DNA of 64,000 nucleotides from a virus. Taxonomy: Duplodnaviria; Heunggongvirae; Uroviricota; Caudoviricetes. Both the position numbers and the translations under genes were made by a program. Within the stretch, counting starts at the first letter, position 1. Every line of letters begins with the position of its first letter. The notes beneath the pieces were generated by a model, which was not told the origin of the DNA, did no database searches, and saw only the letters and a list, made by a program, of their open reading frames with translations. Below are positions 9,751-19,334 of this stretch, in pieces. The DNA lies in the IMG/VR virus record IMGVR_UViG_3300031354_000001, positions 11,120 through 75,119 of that record, one strand, 5' to 3'.

Positions 9751-11592
9751 CTACTCATGATTTAATCCTAATGCATTTGTAACATCGCCCATTGTCAATG
9801 CTTGCAATTCACGCTTCTTCTGAAGATTCTTTAAGACCAAATAATCGGATTCTAAATGCAAAATATCAATAATTGTGGCACCACGTTGATTGTCCATGCC
9901 GGCACGATGAATACGGTCTTCAGACTGTATTCTTGATTCCGCATTAAAATCATTTGAATAGTATACGATGGCCGGTGAGGCTGTTAATGTAATACCCATA
10001 CCAGCAGCACCAGGCTGGCCAATAAAAGCCATCCTCGGATGCTCATTTAATTTCTCTTGGAAATTAATAAGTGGCTCACCCTCAACTGAACTATGCCAAC
10101 CGCGGCCATCGACACGAATAAATTCCCATCCACAGTCCTCAGCAATTTGAACACAACGATCGACACTTCCAGTAAATCCGCCATAAATAACTAAGCGACC
10201 TACATCCGAATATTCGTCGAAAAGGTCTCTTAGTGCCTGATCTTTCGGTGTCTCAATCTGCTCGACTGTTCGTGTGAATGTATCCCTTTTTCCTTTTCCA
10301 CCACAGCCATCGCATAGCACGGTTTCATCAAGAATAAGGTCTTGAGGAAGTGAATCCTCTGGAATATTTGCGTCGAGCATTGGATTAGGAATTGTGCCTT
10401 TTCCTTTGCAAATTGGACACTTCTCTTCACCTGATTTTGTTTGTACATATTGGAAGCCATCGGACAGTTCCCTTAATAATACTAATGATTGTGCTACAGT
10501 TCTTGAACCAGCGACAATAGCTTTTGCAATATCTTTGATTTTCTTCGATGGTTCAAGTTCAATCTTACGATAGATTTTATCTGGTAGATCAAGACAATCT
10601 TTTTTAAATTGCACAAGAACTAGGCCAGACATTCTTTTGTAAAGCCGTTCTACCTCATTTACTGATGGCTCATATTCGTGTTCACGATCAAGATCAGTCT
10701 CTAGATGCTCTTCTTCTAGCTGACCACAAACCTTACACTTTCTACAATCGTCGAGCCACGAAACTATCTTCGGATAAGCCTGTCCATATACATTTTCTTC
10801 TTGTTTTATTATTGCCATAGAGCCTCGAAAAATATGATAACTTCCTTCCTTCAAGAACCCTGGACAGGCTATCCGGGCTTGGTTCCACCAATCCAAAGGA
10901 CTCTTTGGTGCTGGTGATCCTGATGTTAAAATCACGTAACCATCATGATCCTCACGAGCACCAGTTGCTAATAGATAAGCAGCTTGACTTCGTTGGGCTG
11001 TTGGTGATTTTATTCTCGATGATTCGTCAAACCAAATATTTGGTGCAGGACGACCGTCCTCCCAGTTTTTAACCAATTTGGTTAATTTTTCATAAGTCAT
11101 CATTTCGGGATTGACTTTACAATCCCACTTCAATAATTCAAGCTCAACAGCTTTAATTGCTGATCGTGGTCCAACATACCACCAATCATCACGCTTGGAT
11201 CGCTCCATTACCTCAATACCACAAAGACTCTTACCGCAACCCATCTCTGCCGCTAGGATCGCACGCTTGCGTGTAAGAAGAAAATCAGCGCCTAGACGTT
11301 GATGCTCAAAGAGTGGACGCTTATACTCGTGCTTGATTATTTCGCTATCATAGGCAGCATACGGATTTCTGCCTTCGAGATAAGCAATCTGGAAGAGATT
11401 ATGTGGACAATTATCGACACGCCACATCTTCCTTGGAGGATCTTCTCTGCCAAGCCACTTTCGCCCTTCCATCATCCTTACTTCATTTACTAATGCTTTA
11501 TTATATCTGAATTTAAGATAGATATAATCTTCGTCATAAGCCATCTGGACGGGGACTTTATACTTACCGGCTTTGAATTTTGTGTCGATCAT
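9751..11592 (-). CDS. SNF2/DEAD-like superfamily-2 helicase with zinc-ribbon inserts
   Basis: Walker A AAEMGCGKSL, motif II FDESSR, C-terminal helicase-C region; CPICKGKG and CDGCGGKGK zinc ribbons. Confidence 0.65.
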   Translation of the reverse strand: MIDTKFKAGKYKVPVQMAYDEDYIYLKFRYNKALVNEVRMMEGRKWLGREDPPRKMWRVDNCPHNLFQIAYLEGRNPYAAYDSEIIKHEYKRPLFEHQRLGADFLLTRKRAILAAEMGCGKSLCGIEVMERSKRDDWWYVGPRSAIKAVELELLKWDCKVNPEMMTYEKLTKLVKNWEDGRPAPNIWFDESSRIKSPTAQRSQAAYLLATGAREDHDGYVILTSGSPAPKSPLDWWNQARIACPGFLKEGSYHIFRGSMAIIKQEENVYGQAYPKIVSWLDDCRKCKVCGQLEEEHLETDLDREHEYEPSVNEVERLYKRMSGLVLVQFKKDCLDLPDKIYRKIELEPSKKIKDIAKAIVAGSRTVAQSLVLLRELSDGFQYVQTKSGEEKCPICKGKGTIPNPMLDANIPEDSLPQDLILDETVLCDGCGGKGKRDTFTRTVEQIETPKDQALRDLFDEYSDVGRLVIYGGFTGSVDRCVQIAEDCGWEFIRVDGRGWHSSVEGEPLINFQEKLNEHPRMAFIGQPGAAGMGITLTASPAIVYYSNDFNAESRIQSEDRIHRAGMDNQRGATIIDILHLESDYLVLKNLQKKRELQALTMGDVTNALGLNHE

Positions 11593-11749
11593 AGTTTTCG
11601 CTTATATTTATTGCATATTGTTGTTCTATTAACTGGAATTGAAAAGTTCAATTCTAAGTTGTAACATCTTCCAATATGATAATACCTACAATTGGTACAG
11701 TTATTTGAGATTATTCTGAGGTTATACTTTTCAGCAAACTCTTTTTCAA

Positions 11750-12295
11750 TCATTTTGACTCCAATAAGTATGTCCCATCAGAAAGCTTTTTATTATTAAA
11801 TGATTTGAAAATCATTTTTAATCCCATATTAGAAAAATACTCTAGGCAAATGTTAGCAATATGCCTCAATTCTGTGCTCGTATAAGATATATTATTAAAT
11901 GCACAAATTGAGGCTATACTGTTTTTCCACTCACCTAGAGTACCTGAGACTACCGCCGATCGGTATGATTTTATCTTCGTTTTTGAGGATATGACATTTA
12001 ATGTCGTTTCCTCATTTAGCTTCATAATTACTACCGACGGAGCCGTTATTAAAAAACCAAAGAAAAGGTGTTCGAGAGGAATTGAAGCTAATGATAATGA
12101 TTCTAGCGGTTGCTTAGTATTACCGCGGAATGATTCTAAGGCTATAATAAATTTAGCCATAGTATTAAGATCGAGTTTGCAACCATCAAGAACCTTAGCT
12201 GGGTTGGAATTGGTCAAATCATAAGTGTCCTTTATGAAGGAATCCCACATTATTGAGGGACCAATTATAGGTTTTACACTTGATTTGAATTCCAT
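11750..12295 (-). CDS. hypothetical protein
   Basis: 181-aa ORF. Confidence 0.4.
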   Translation of the reverse strand: MEFKSSVKPIIGPSIMWDSFIKDTYDLTNSNPAKVLDGCKLDLNTMAKFIIALESFRGNTKQPLESLSLASIPLEHLFFGFLITAPSVVIMKLNEETTLNVISSKTKIKSYRSAVVSGTLGEWKNSIASICAFNNISYTSTELRHIANICLEYFSNMGLKMIFKSFNNKKLSDGTYLLESK

Positions 12296-12300
12296 TTTAC

Positions 12301-12492
12301 TTACCGCTCTTTCTCAATCGCTTCCAGTGCTGGTTTTAAGTAAAAATCAATAAAGTCAATGTCGCTTGTATAAGAAACAGCTACATAAATATCACTGTTC
12401 GCATCTCTTACAATTACCGCTGCTTCGCCATCAACAAACTTTGATTCTAAAATCAAAGAGTGCGTTGCTAGAAATTCAAGAATCTCTTTCAT
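12301..12492 (-). CDS. hypothetical protein
   Basis: 63-aa ORF, coupled. Confidence 0.3.
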   Translation of the reverse strand: MKEILEFLATHSLILESKFVDGEAAVIVRDANSDIYVAVSYTSDIDFIDFYLKPALEAIEKER

Positions 12493-13124
12493 CGCTCACG
12501 ATCGTCCTCTTCAGCAAGCTCTACTTCCTTTACTGGAGGATTCTTGAATTGCTCTACCTTGGCCTTAATCTCATCGAGATCAGGCATTGTTAGTGGTGTC
12601 GAGCACTCAATAACAACTGGACCCTGCCAAATATACTTTCCAGCCTTGATCGTTTTTGATTTTAATGTAGCCGCACAACGTAGAAGTGGCTCCATCTTAC
12701 GTGCTTCACGACGTGCCGTCTTCGAGGACATAAAGAATGTGACATACTTATTTACGTCTGGCACATATAGTAAAAATTCAGGACCATACATGGCACCAGA
12801 ATCTTTTACACCTGACTCCATTTTAATCCTCTTGAATAGATCAGATGTTGGGTCGAAACTTTCGACGATTGGTTCTTCACCAGTGTGCAAAGCCTTTGGC
12901 CTCCAAGCTAGGATAGCTACATCGACTTTATCACCGAGATCAATAATATCATCATCGACAGGAATACCATAATGATTGGCTGGAATCTTACCTTCAGCTA
13001 CCGCATTTGATTTTCCACCATAGAGTTGAATACGTGAAAGAAATTCAACATCAGATGCTGTCATTTCTTCAAAATTTGATAGGTCTCCACCGCCGACATC
13101 TTGAGGTACTAATTCGTTTGGCAT
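12489..13124 (-). CDS. hypothetical protein with acidic C-terminal tail (SSB-like?)
   Basis: 211 aa ending ELAEEDDRER. An acidic tail is reminiscent of phage ssDNA-binding proteins, but no motif was recognised. Confidence 0.35.
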   Translation of the reverse strand: MPNELVPQDVGGGDLSNFEEMTASDVEFLSRIQLYGGKSNAVAEGKIPANHYGIPVDDDIIDLGDKVDVAILAWRPKALHTGEEPIVESFDPTSDLFKRIKMESGVKDSGAMYGPEFLLYVPDVNKYVTFFMSSKTARREARKMEPLLRCAATLKSKTIKAGKYIWQGPVVIECSTPLTMPDLDEIKAKVEQFKNPPVKEVELAEEDDRER

Positions 13125-13153
13125 GAATTTTTCTCTTTAATGAAAATGAATAC

Positions 13154-13178
13154 CACGGGGAGTACAATACTCCCCGTG
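13154..13178 (-). terminator. perfect 11-bp stem / 3-nt loop hairpin downstream of the ParB-like gene
   Basis: CACGGGGAGTA-CAA-TACTCCCCGTG. The minus-strand transcript continues GUAUUCAUUUUCAUU (U-rich). Confidence 0.45.
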
Positions 13179-13218
13179 ATTATAAACTCAAATTATCTTA
13201 TTTAAACTCAAACAATCC

Positions 13219-14259
13219 TTACTTCAACGCTTCCTGGGCTGCGGCTGCGGCTGCGGCGGCTTCCTCTGCACGCTTCTGGGCTCGCTCGGCGGCCCTCTTC
13301 TGCTTGGCCTCTGTGAGACGCTGTTGCTTCTCATTGTAGGCGGCAGTTTGTGCAGCGACACTGATTGGATCAAGATTGATTGCAAATGCAACACCAAGGG
13401 CGAAACCGTCCTCGGGAGTCTTGGCACCAACCTGGCGACAAAGTTCGGGACCAACTTCGTTGGTTGAGAACTCAGTCTTTAGCTCACCGAGCTTACGGAC
13501 ACGAGCCTGGGGCTTGAACTCAGCCTTCTCAGCCTTACGACCTTCACGAGCAGCATCCTTTAGCTCCTTCGCACGAGCCTGAACCGTTGGTGCAAATTCA
13601 TCCGTATTCATCTGCATCGCTTGATCGACATAATTGACCTGCTCTTCGTGAGGAAGCCGTGACATGGCGACTGCATTTGCTACAGTGATTTTACCATCAT
13701 CAACGAGGTCTTGGACCGACTTCTCAAGCTTAAGAAGATTGAGTCGTTGAGAAACCCATGAAGGGCTCTTGCCAAGCCGTGACGCCATCTCTGAAATGGT
13801 CATCGTAGGATTGAGGGTAAAAATCCGTTGTAGCTGCTTAGTGTACTCGACAGCCTTGGTCTCAACCTTATGAATATTAGTCATAAGTTGAGCTTCAAGT
13901 GTCTCTACCTTGTCAAGATCAACGACATTTACCGGAATTGATTCTAGACCTGCATCGACCGCTGAAGTGTAACGGTGAAGACCATCGACAATCTCATAAT
14001 ACTCAACAGTAGTGCCATCAACATCCTCTGTTCGACGACGAACAGAAATCGGATTCATAATACCAATGCGTGCAATTGAATCACGCAAACCAACATAATC
14101 TTCGCCTTCCTTGTCCACGCCACGTAGGGCGACTTGATTCTCACGGATCGAAGAGAGTGGAACTACCTTGACTTCTGGCGTACCCATAATGTCTCCAAAA
14201 ATTAAAAAAGATTTAGTAAGATACAATTTGGCCAAATTGATAATAAACTCAAAACCCAA
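13219..14259 (-). CDS. ParB/KorB-like protein with HTH (copy 2)
   Basis: VVPLSSIRENQ ... YEIVDGLHRYTSA (ParB N-domain, DG.HR); ISEMASRLGKSPSWVSQRL (HTH); Ala-rich GC-rich C-terminus. True start is probably the internal MGTPEV. Confidence 0.6.
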   Translation of the reverse strand: MGFEFIINLAKLYLTKSFLIFGDIMGTPEVKVVPLSSIRENQVALRGVDKEGEDYVGLRDSIARIGIMNPISVRRRTEDVDGTTVEYYEIVDGLHRYTSAVDAGLESIPVNVVDLDKVETLEAQLMTNIHKVETKAVEYTKQLQRIFTLNPTMTISEMASRLGKSPSWVSQRLNLLKLEKSVQDLVDDGKITVANAVAMSRLPHEEQVNYVDQAMQMNTDEFAPTVQARAKELKDAAREGRKAEKAEFKPQARVRKLGELKTEFSTNEVGPELCRQVGAKTPEDGFALGVAFAINLDPISVAAQTAAYNEKQQRLTEAKQKRAAERAQKRAEEAAAAAAAAQEALK

Positions 14260-14333
14260 ATAAGCTTACCAGCCAAAGTCCTATAAACACAACGTTTTTA
14301 CTCAGCGTGCGATTATAAAATCCTTATTATAAA

Positions 14334-14561
14334 TAACGTAGGTCGGATTCGAACCGACTATGGCACTTTCACCAGCAATGTTTCGGATTCCTCAAAGCCA
14401 ACGTATCAAGAGCCGTGTCTTCGTCGGTAGCTGGCCTGGACTCCTAAACCGTTGTGCGGTATGCCTCCGCTATCTGGGCTCTACCAGAACTGTGCTCATT
14501 GTCCTTCGCTCATCCTTTCGGACGACCTCGCTAGGATGCGTTTCCCACACGCCGCTACGTC
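14334..14561 (-). ncRNA. tRNA-like structured RNA element, ~228 nt (T-arm plus acceptor; possibly an interrupted tRNA)
   Basis: Minus strand carries a canonical T-arm GTCGG-TTCGAAT-CCGAC followed by the acceptor 3' strand CTACGTT. A complementary GACGTAG, followed by a D-arm-like GCGT-GTGGGAA-ACGC, lies ~220 nt upstream in the RNA. Local GC is higher than the flanks. Confidence 0.3.
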
Positions 14562-14572
14562 TAATCCCATTT

Positions 14573-14598
14573 GATTATAAAATCCTGATTATAAAATC
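14573..14598. promoter_or_regulatory. two adjacent GATTATAAAATC 12-mers (member of a palindromic motif family)
   Basis: Exact 12-mers at 14573-14584 and 14587-14598. The same or reverse-complement motif occurs at 14311-14322 and 14987-14998. Confidence 0.4.
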
Positions 14599-14650
14599 AA
14601 ACCTGAATTTCCAATAAAATCAAAATCAATGTGATACCTCTCCCGCTATC

Positions 14651-14920
14651 TATACTATCCGTTTTCGGGACGTTCACGTCCCAATAAAAACCTAAACAGG
14701 AAAATATTTGCCTAAGTATAATGTCTCCACGCAATTGACCAGAAGACAATACAAACAGGTTAGTAAGTCTCTTTATATAAATACTGTATCATTTTCTCTT
14801 TTCTCTTATATATGCAAGAGCAAAAAAGCTGTATTGTTGTCAAGTCTAATTAGGACAATGGTTTAAATTTTCAGAAAGCTGTTTTTGTTGTCTATTTTTG
14901 TCTGGAAAACGGATAGTATA
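14651..14920. repeat. 16-bp perfect inverted repeat pair bracketing ~240 bp of the control region
   Basis: TATACTATCCGTTTTC at 14651-14666 and GAAAACGGATAGTATA at 14905-14920. Inner hairpin GGGACGT-TCA-CGTCCC at 14667-14682. Confidence 0.5.
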
Positions 14921-15017
14921 TGTAGAGGGACACTTTATAATTGATTTTGATTTTCTTGCCACTGCTTGAATCCCTCTTTCAGAGTTGATTTTATAATCAA
15001 AATCGAGATTTAGCATC

Positions 15018-17705
15018 ATGGCAACTAAGACCCAGGCTATCAAAGCCTTCTTAACTGATTTTACTATCAGTGATCTAGCTGCATTGTATGACTATGACAT
15101 GGAAGTGCAAGTCAATGTAGCACAAGATAATGGTGAACCCATTACACAAAAATCCGGTTTTACTGGACGTATGTGGCGTGGATATACTGATGGTATACAG
15201 ACATGGAAGCCATTCCGAATCCCTTGGAATGCCGCAAGTGAACCAGAGTATACTGATAGTAATCTCAATTGGTCATTAAAAGATCATGCCGAAGGAATTG
15301 GTATGACTGGCTGGTGTTGGAAAGAAGCTGTATCCAAGTGGGTAGGTTTCGATTTCGATGCTATTTCTAACCATGCTGATGGTCTTACAGTAGCAGAACT
15401 TCAAGCTGTTAAGGATGAAGCCTACAAGATTCCCTGGATAACGATTAGAAAATCAACCAGTGGAAAGGGCTTACATCTTTATGTCTTACTTGATGATATT
15501 CCAACAAAAAATCATACCGAGCATTCTGCTCTCGCAAGAGCTATTCTTGGTAAGATGACTGCCGCCACTGGATTTGAATTTAGTGGTAAAGTCGATGTTT
15601 TTGGTGGAAATATGTGGGTATGGCATCGTAAGATGCGTGGTACTGACGGGTTAAAGTTAATAAAACAGGGCGATATTCTTAGAGATATTCCTGTTAATTG
15701 GATGGATCATGTACCCGTAATAAAGGGACGACGCCGTAGAAATCTGCCTTCATTCGTTGAAGAAGAAAACGTATCTACATTCGAGTGTTTAACTGGTCAG
15801 TATCCACACGTAAAACTTGACGAAGGTCACAAGAAACTTTTAGATTATTTGGAAGAAAATCAATGCCAATGGTGGTATGATCCAGATAATCATTTGTTAG
15901 TTTGTCATACAGCAGATTTAAAGAGAGCACATCATGATCTTAACTTCCGAGGGATATTCGACACTAAAGCAACTGGAAAAGATAAACCGGACCATAACGT
16001 ATTCTGTTATCCCGAGGAACATCCTTCCGGCTCTTGGGTTGTTAGACGTTTTACACAAGGAATCGACGAAGCACCTACATGGAGCCAAGACTCTGCCGGA
16101 TATACCAGATGCTACCTAAATAAAGAGCCTACGTTACAGGCTGTCGCAGGTGCGTTTCATGGAATTGAAGATGAAAAAGGAAATTATTTCTTTAATGAAG
16201 CTGAAACTGCTGCTACCGCGGTTGAAAAATTGGGCGCCAATTTAAATCTACCGAACTGGGCCGGTAATCGAAAAGCGATTATAAAATCACACAAGGATGG
16301 ACGACGTATTATTGTAGAAATTTCGAAGGAATCAAGCGATAATCCCGCTCAGATGGTTGGATGGAAAGAGGATAAAGGATGGTGGAAACGAATTTTTAAT
16401 GCGAGATTGTCAGCACCAGACACAACAGAAGTACAAAATTATGATAATTTAGTGCGGCATCTTGTCACACATAAAGGTGATGACGCTGGTTGGGTACTAA
16501 AAGCAGGCAATCAATGGCATTCAGAACCACTTACACACCTAAAAATAGCTTTAAAATCATTCGGATTACAGGATAGTGAGATAAATAAAGCACTTGGTAA
16601 GTGTGTAATGGAGAGTTGGACCCTTGTAAATAAACCATTTGAGGATGAATTTCCGGGAAATAGGGAATGGAATCGTGATGCCGTTCAATTAAAATATCTT
16701 CCACAGCAAAATGAGCCATTTATTCACCCAAATTGGGACAAATTATTGGCACATTGTGGTGATGGCCTTGATGAAGGTGTTAAAAATAATGGATGGTGTC
16801 AAGCAAATGGCGTCTTAACTGGTGCGGATTATTTGAGATTATGGATTGCTTCAGTATTTCAAGCACCAAAAGAACATCTCCCTTATCTATTTTTGTATTC
16901 ACCAGAGCAACAGACAGGAAAAACTACACTCCATGAAGCAATAAAATTGCTTATAACATCAAGTGGATACATGGATGTTAAAGCGGCACTAATAAATAGT
17001 GCCGGTTTTAATGAGGAAATGAAGAATGCTGTTATTTGTGCTGTCGATGAATTAGATTTACGGCAGAATAAATTCGCTTATAATCGAATGAAGGATTGGA
17101 TTACTGGCGAAGAGATTCTTATTCATCCTAAAGGCAAGACGCCTTATATGGTGAGGAACGTAGCACACTTCATTCATACTGGAAATGATCCTAATGAATG
17201 CCCAGTGCCATCGGAAGATTCACGAATAATGGTTATTCGGGTTCCTCCACTTGATCCATTGGAGATGGTTCCTAAAGATGAATTATTTGTTCTCTTGGAA
17301 AAAGAAGCAGAAGCATTTTTAGGCACATTATTTTCAATTGAGATTCCCCCATGTCGTGATCGTTTAAATATACCTGTCGTTGAAACAGACGAAAAAGGCC
17401 ATAGTCAGAAATTAAATCGTTCTTCACTTGAAGAATTTATTGACGAATGCTGTTTCTTAGCTCCAGGAGAGACGATAAAATATAATGATTTTTGGCTAAG
17501 ATTTCAAGATTGGCTTGATCCGAATGAAGTGGCATCATGGTCTAAAATTAGGATGGGACGCTCACTACCGAGCAAGCATCCAAAAGGCCGTGTAGCATCA
17601 GATGGAGGTCAATTTTATGTAGCTAATTTATCATTTATTAAACCAGATACACTTGGGTCATCATATTTAGTCCTCAAAAAAGACCAATTGGTATTGGAGG
17701 GCTAA
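15018..17705 (+). CDS. primase-helicase (PrimPol-like N-domain plus SF3/D5-like P-loop helicase)
   Basis: WVGFDFDAIS (PrimPol DxD motif); Walker A YSPEQQTGKTTLHEA; Walker B ICAVDELD; 895 aa. Confidence 0.75.
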   Translation: MATKTQAIKAFLTDFTISDLAALYDYDMEVQVNVAQDNGEPITQKSGFTGRMWRGYTDGIQTWKPFRIPWNAASEPEYTDSNLNWSLKDHAEGIGMTGWCWKEAVSKWVGFDFDAISNHADGLTVAELQAVKDEAYKIPWITIRKSTSGKGLHLYVLLDDIPTKNHTEHSALARAILGKMTAATGFEFSGKVDVFGGNMWVWHRKMRGTDGLKLIKQGDILRDIPVNWMDHVPVIKGRRRRNLPSFVEEENVSTFECLTGQYPHVKLDEGHKKLLDYLEENQCQWWYDPDNHLLVCHTADLKRAHHDLNFRGIFDTKATGKDKPDHNVFCYPEEHPSGSWVVRRFTQGIDEAPTWSQDSAGYTRCYLNKEPTLQAVAGAFHGIEDEKGNYFFNEAETAATAVEKLGANLNLPNWAGNRKAIIKSHKDGRRIIVEISKESSDNPAQMVGWKEDKGWWKRIFNARLSAPDTTEVQNYDNLVRHLVTHKGDDAGWVLKAGNQWHSEPLTHLKIALKSFGLQDSEINKALGKCVMESWTLVNKPFEDEFPGNREWNRDAVQLKYLPQQNEPFIHPNWDKLLAHCGDGLDEGVKNNGWCQANGVLTGADYLRLWIASVFQAPKEHLPYLFLYSPEQQTGKTTLHEAIKLLITSSGYMDVKAALINSAGFNEEMKNAVICAVDELDLRQNKFAYNRMKDWITGEEILIHPKGKTPYMVRNVAHFIHTGNDPNECPVPSEDSRIMVIRVPPLDPLEMVPKDELFVLLEKEAEAFLGTLFSIEIPPCRDRLNIPVVETDEKGHSQKLNRSSLEEFIDECCFLAPGETIKYNDFWLRFQDWLDPNEVASWSKIRMGRSLPSKHPKGRVASDGGQFYVANLSFIKPDTLGSSYLVLKKDQLVLEG

Positions 17706-17894
17706 ATGATGTTAAAAGAAATTCTCGATAAATTGAAACCAGAAGAACGTGCAAGACTTATGCACGCATTTGAAAATCATTTTAGTCAGCATGTAAAATT
17801 AGAAGGTAATAAGTTCATTGGAGTAAATATAACAGGTAACAATTTTGAAATCGAAGAGCAAGCGGGAGTATGGTCGTATGGTAATGTTAGATAA
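17706..17894 (+). CDS. hypothetical protein
   Basis: 62-aa ORF immediately after the primase stop. Confidence 0.3.
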   Translation: MMLKEILDKLKPEERARLMHAFENHFSQHVKLEGNKFIGVNITGNNFEIEEQAGVWSYGNVR

Positions 17895-18465
17895 ACCGAT
17901 TATTATTGCATTTGGTTACAAAAAAGGTACTGGTAAGAATACCATTGCCAAGTTTCTTAGCACGCACATTAATTGTAGTTGTGCAAAATTAGTAGTTAAA
18001 GAAGTAAGCTTCGCTGCAAAATTAAAGGATATTTGCTATCAATTATATTCCTGGGCCGGATTAAAACGTGGAATTTATTATGAAAGTCATCGTGAAGAAA
18101 AAGAACAGATTCTACCGAAGTTAGGAGTATCTCCAAGAGATATCTGGATTGAAGTTGGAAACAAATTAAGAGAAGTATATCCAGGAACATGGATTGATTT
18201 TGCTCTTAATGGAGTAAAAGCTGATGTTATAATCATAACAGATATGGGTTTCACAAATGAAGCAAAAGCCATATTAGAAAAAGATGGATATCTTATTAAG
18301 ATGGTTCGATCTGGCCTTGAACAAGGAACCGATGGACGTGAAGTAGAACTGGATTCATGGACACAATGGTATATGACTATTTTAAACAATGATTCATTGG
18401 AAGACTTAAATGAATCAGCATTAATGTTATGGGATAAGATAAATGCAATACATGAAGTCTGCTAA
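17845..18465 (+). CDS. dNMP kinase-like P-loop protein
   Basis: IIIAFGYKKGTGKNTIAKFL resembles the phage T4 gp1 dNMP kinase N-terminus (P-loop). True start is probably the internal MVMLDKP near 17878. Confidence 0.45.
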   Translation: MKSKSKREYGRMVMLDKPIIIAFGYKKGTGKNTIAKFLSTHINCSCAKLVVKEVSFAAKLKDICYQLYSWAGLKRGIYYESHREEKEQILPKLGVSPRDIWIEVGNKLREVYPGTWIDFALNGVKADVIIITDMGFTNEAKAILEKDGYLIKMVRSGLEQGTDGREVELDSWTQWYMTILNNDSLEDLNESALMLWDKINAIHEVC

Positions 18466-18776
18466 TATTTATTGTGTTGATGGTCCACTAAATGGACAAG
18501 TAGTTAATGCTGATTTTTCCTTAAAGAAAATTGAAGTACCATTGACATCAAACCATTTTTATAAAAGTGCTGTTTATTTAGTCTCTGGAAAATTTACTGC
18601 TCTCGGAGAGTATATAGCAATCTTCTCACACTGCAAGAAACGATGATTGAATATAGGTTGTCAACAAATTGGAGAACATGGAGGTTATGTTTTGATTTTT
18701 ATATCAGTTATGAATTTGAAGAAATAGGTATTGTATTAGGTCTTGGACCGATTTACTTATATTTTGCGATATTAAA

Positions 18777-19334
18777 ATGAATAGACTAAAATATAATCGT
18801 TGTTATCTATGCGGACCAATGGAATATAGCAACTCCGTTGGACAGGATTGGCGTATTGCTCTCCAGAAAGAGCTAATGGATTTGGAAATAATTTTCCTCG
18901 ATCCAACACATAAGCCTACTCATATCGGAATCGAGAATGAGCAGACACAAGGCATAATGAAGGAATTACGTGCTAAAGGTGATTACAAACTTCTTAGAGA
19001 TATGGTTCGTCCAATAAGATCATATGATCTTAGGATGGTCGATGTTAGTGATTTTCTTGTCGTACATCTGAATCATGATGTGCAAACAACAGGCACATGG
19101 GAAGAACTATATCTAGCAAATCGGCAGAAGAAGCCAATTATTCTTCACTATTCTCAAGGCAAGGAACAAGTACCGCTGTGGCTTTTTGATGTTATTCCAG
19201 AACAAATGATGTTTGGTTCTTGGAAAGAAGTATGTAAGTATGTACGTCATATTGCTAAAGACAAACATATTGATGATTTAAACCGATGGAAGTTTTTTGA
19301 TTTCTCACTTTGTAGGAGTTTTGATGAAAGTTAA
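18777..19334 (+). CDS. nucleoside 2-deoxyribosyltransferase-like protein
   Basis: CYLCGPMEY (compare YLAGP.F) and QTTGTWEELYLA (compare DSGTAFEIGYA, catalytic Glu) match the NDT/DNPH1 superfamily. Confidence 0.5.
   Translation: MNRLKYNRCYLCGPMEYSNSVGQDWRIALQKELMDLEIIFLDPTHKPTHIGIENEQTQGIMKELRAKGDYKLLRDMVRPIRSYDLRMVDVSDFLVVHLNHDVQTTGTWEELYLANRQKKPIILHYSQGKEQVPLWLFDVIPEQMMFGSWKEVCKYVRHIAKDKHIDDLNRWKFFDFSLCRSFDES

Noticed and set aside
14334-14561. Reading the tRNA-like element as a phage attP for tRNA-targeted integration
   Set aside because: No integrase or recombinase is visible in this window. Kept only as one of several alternatives in the finding.
14360-14617. 85-aa plus-strand ORF
   Set aside because: It lies inside the GC-elevated tRNA-like or structured region, has no RBS, and its composition is implausible for a protein.
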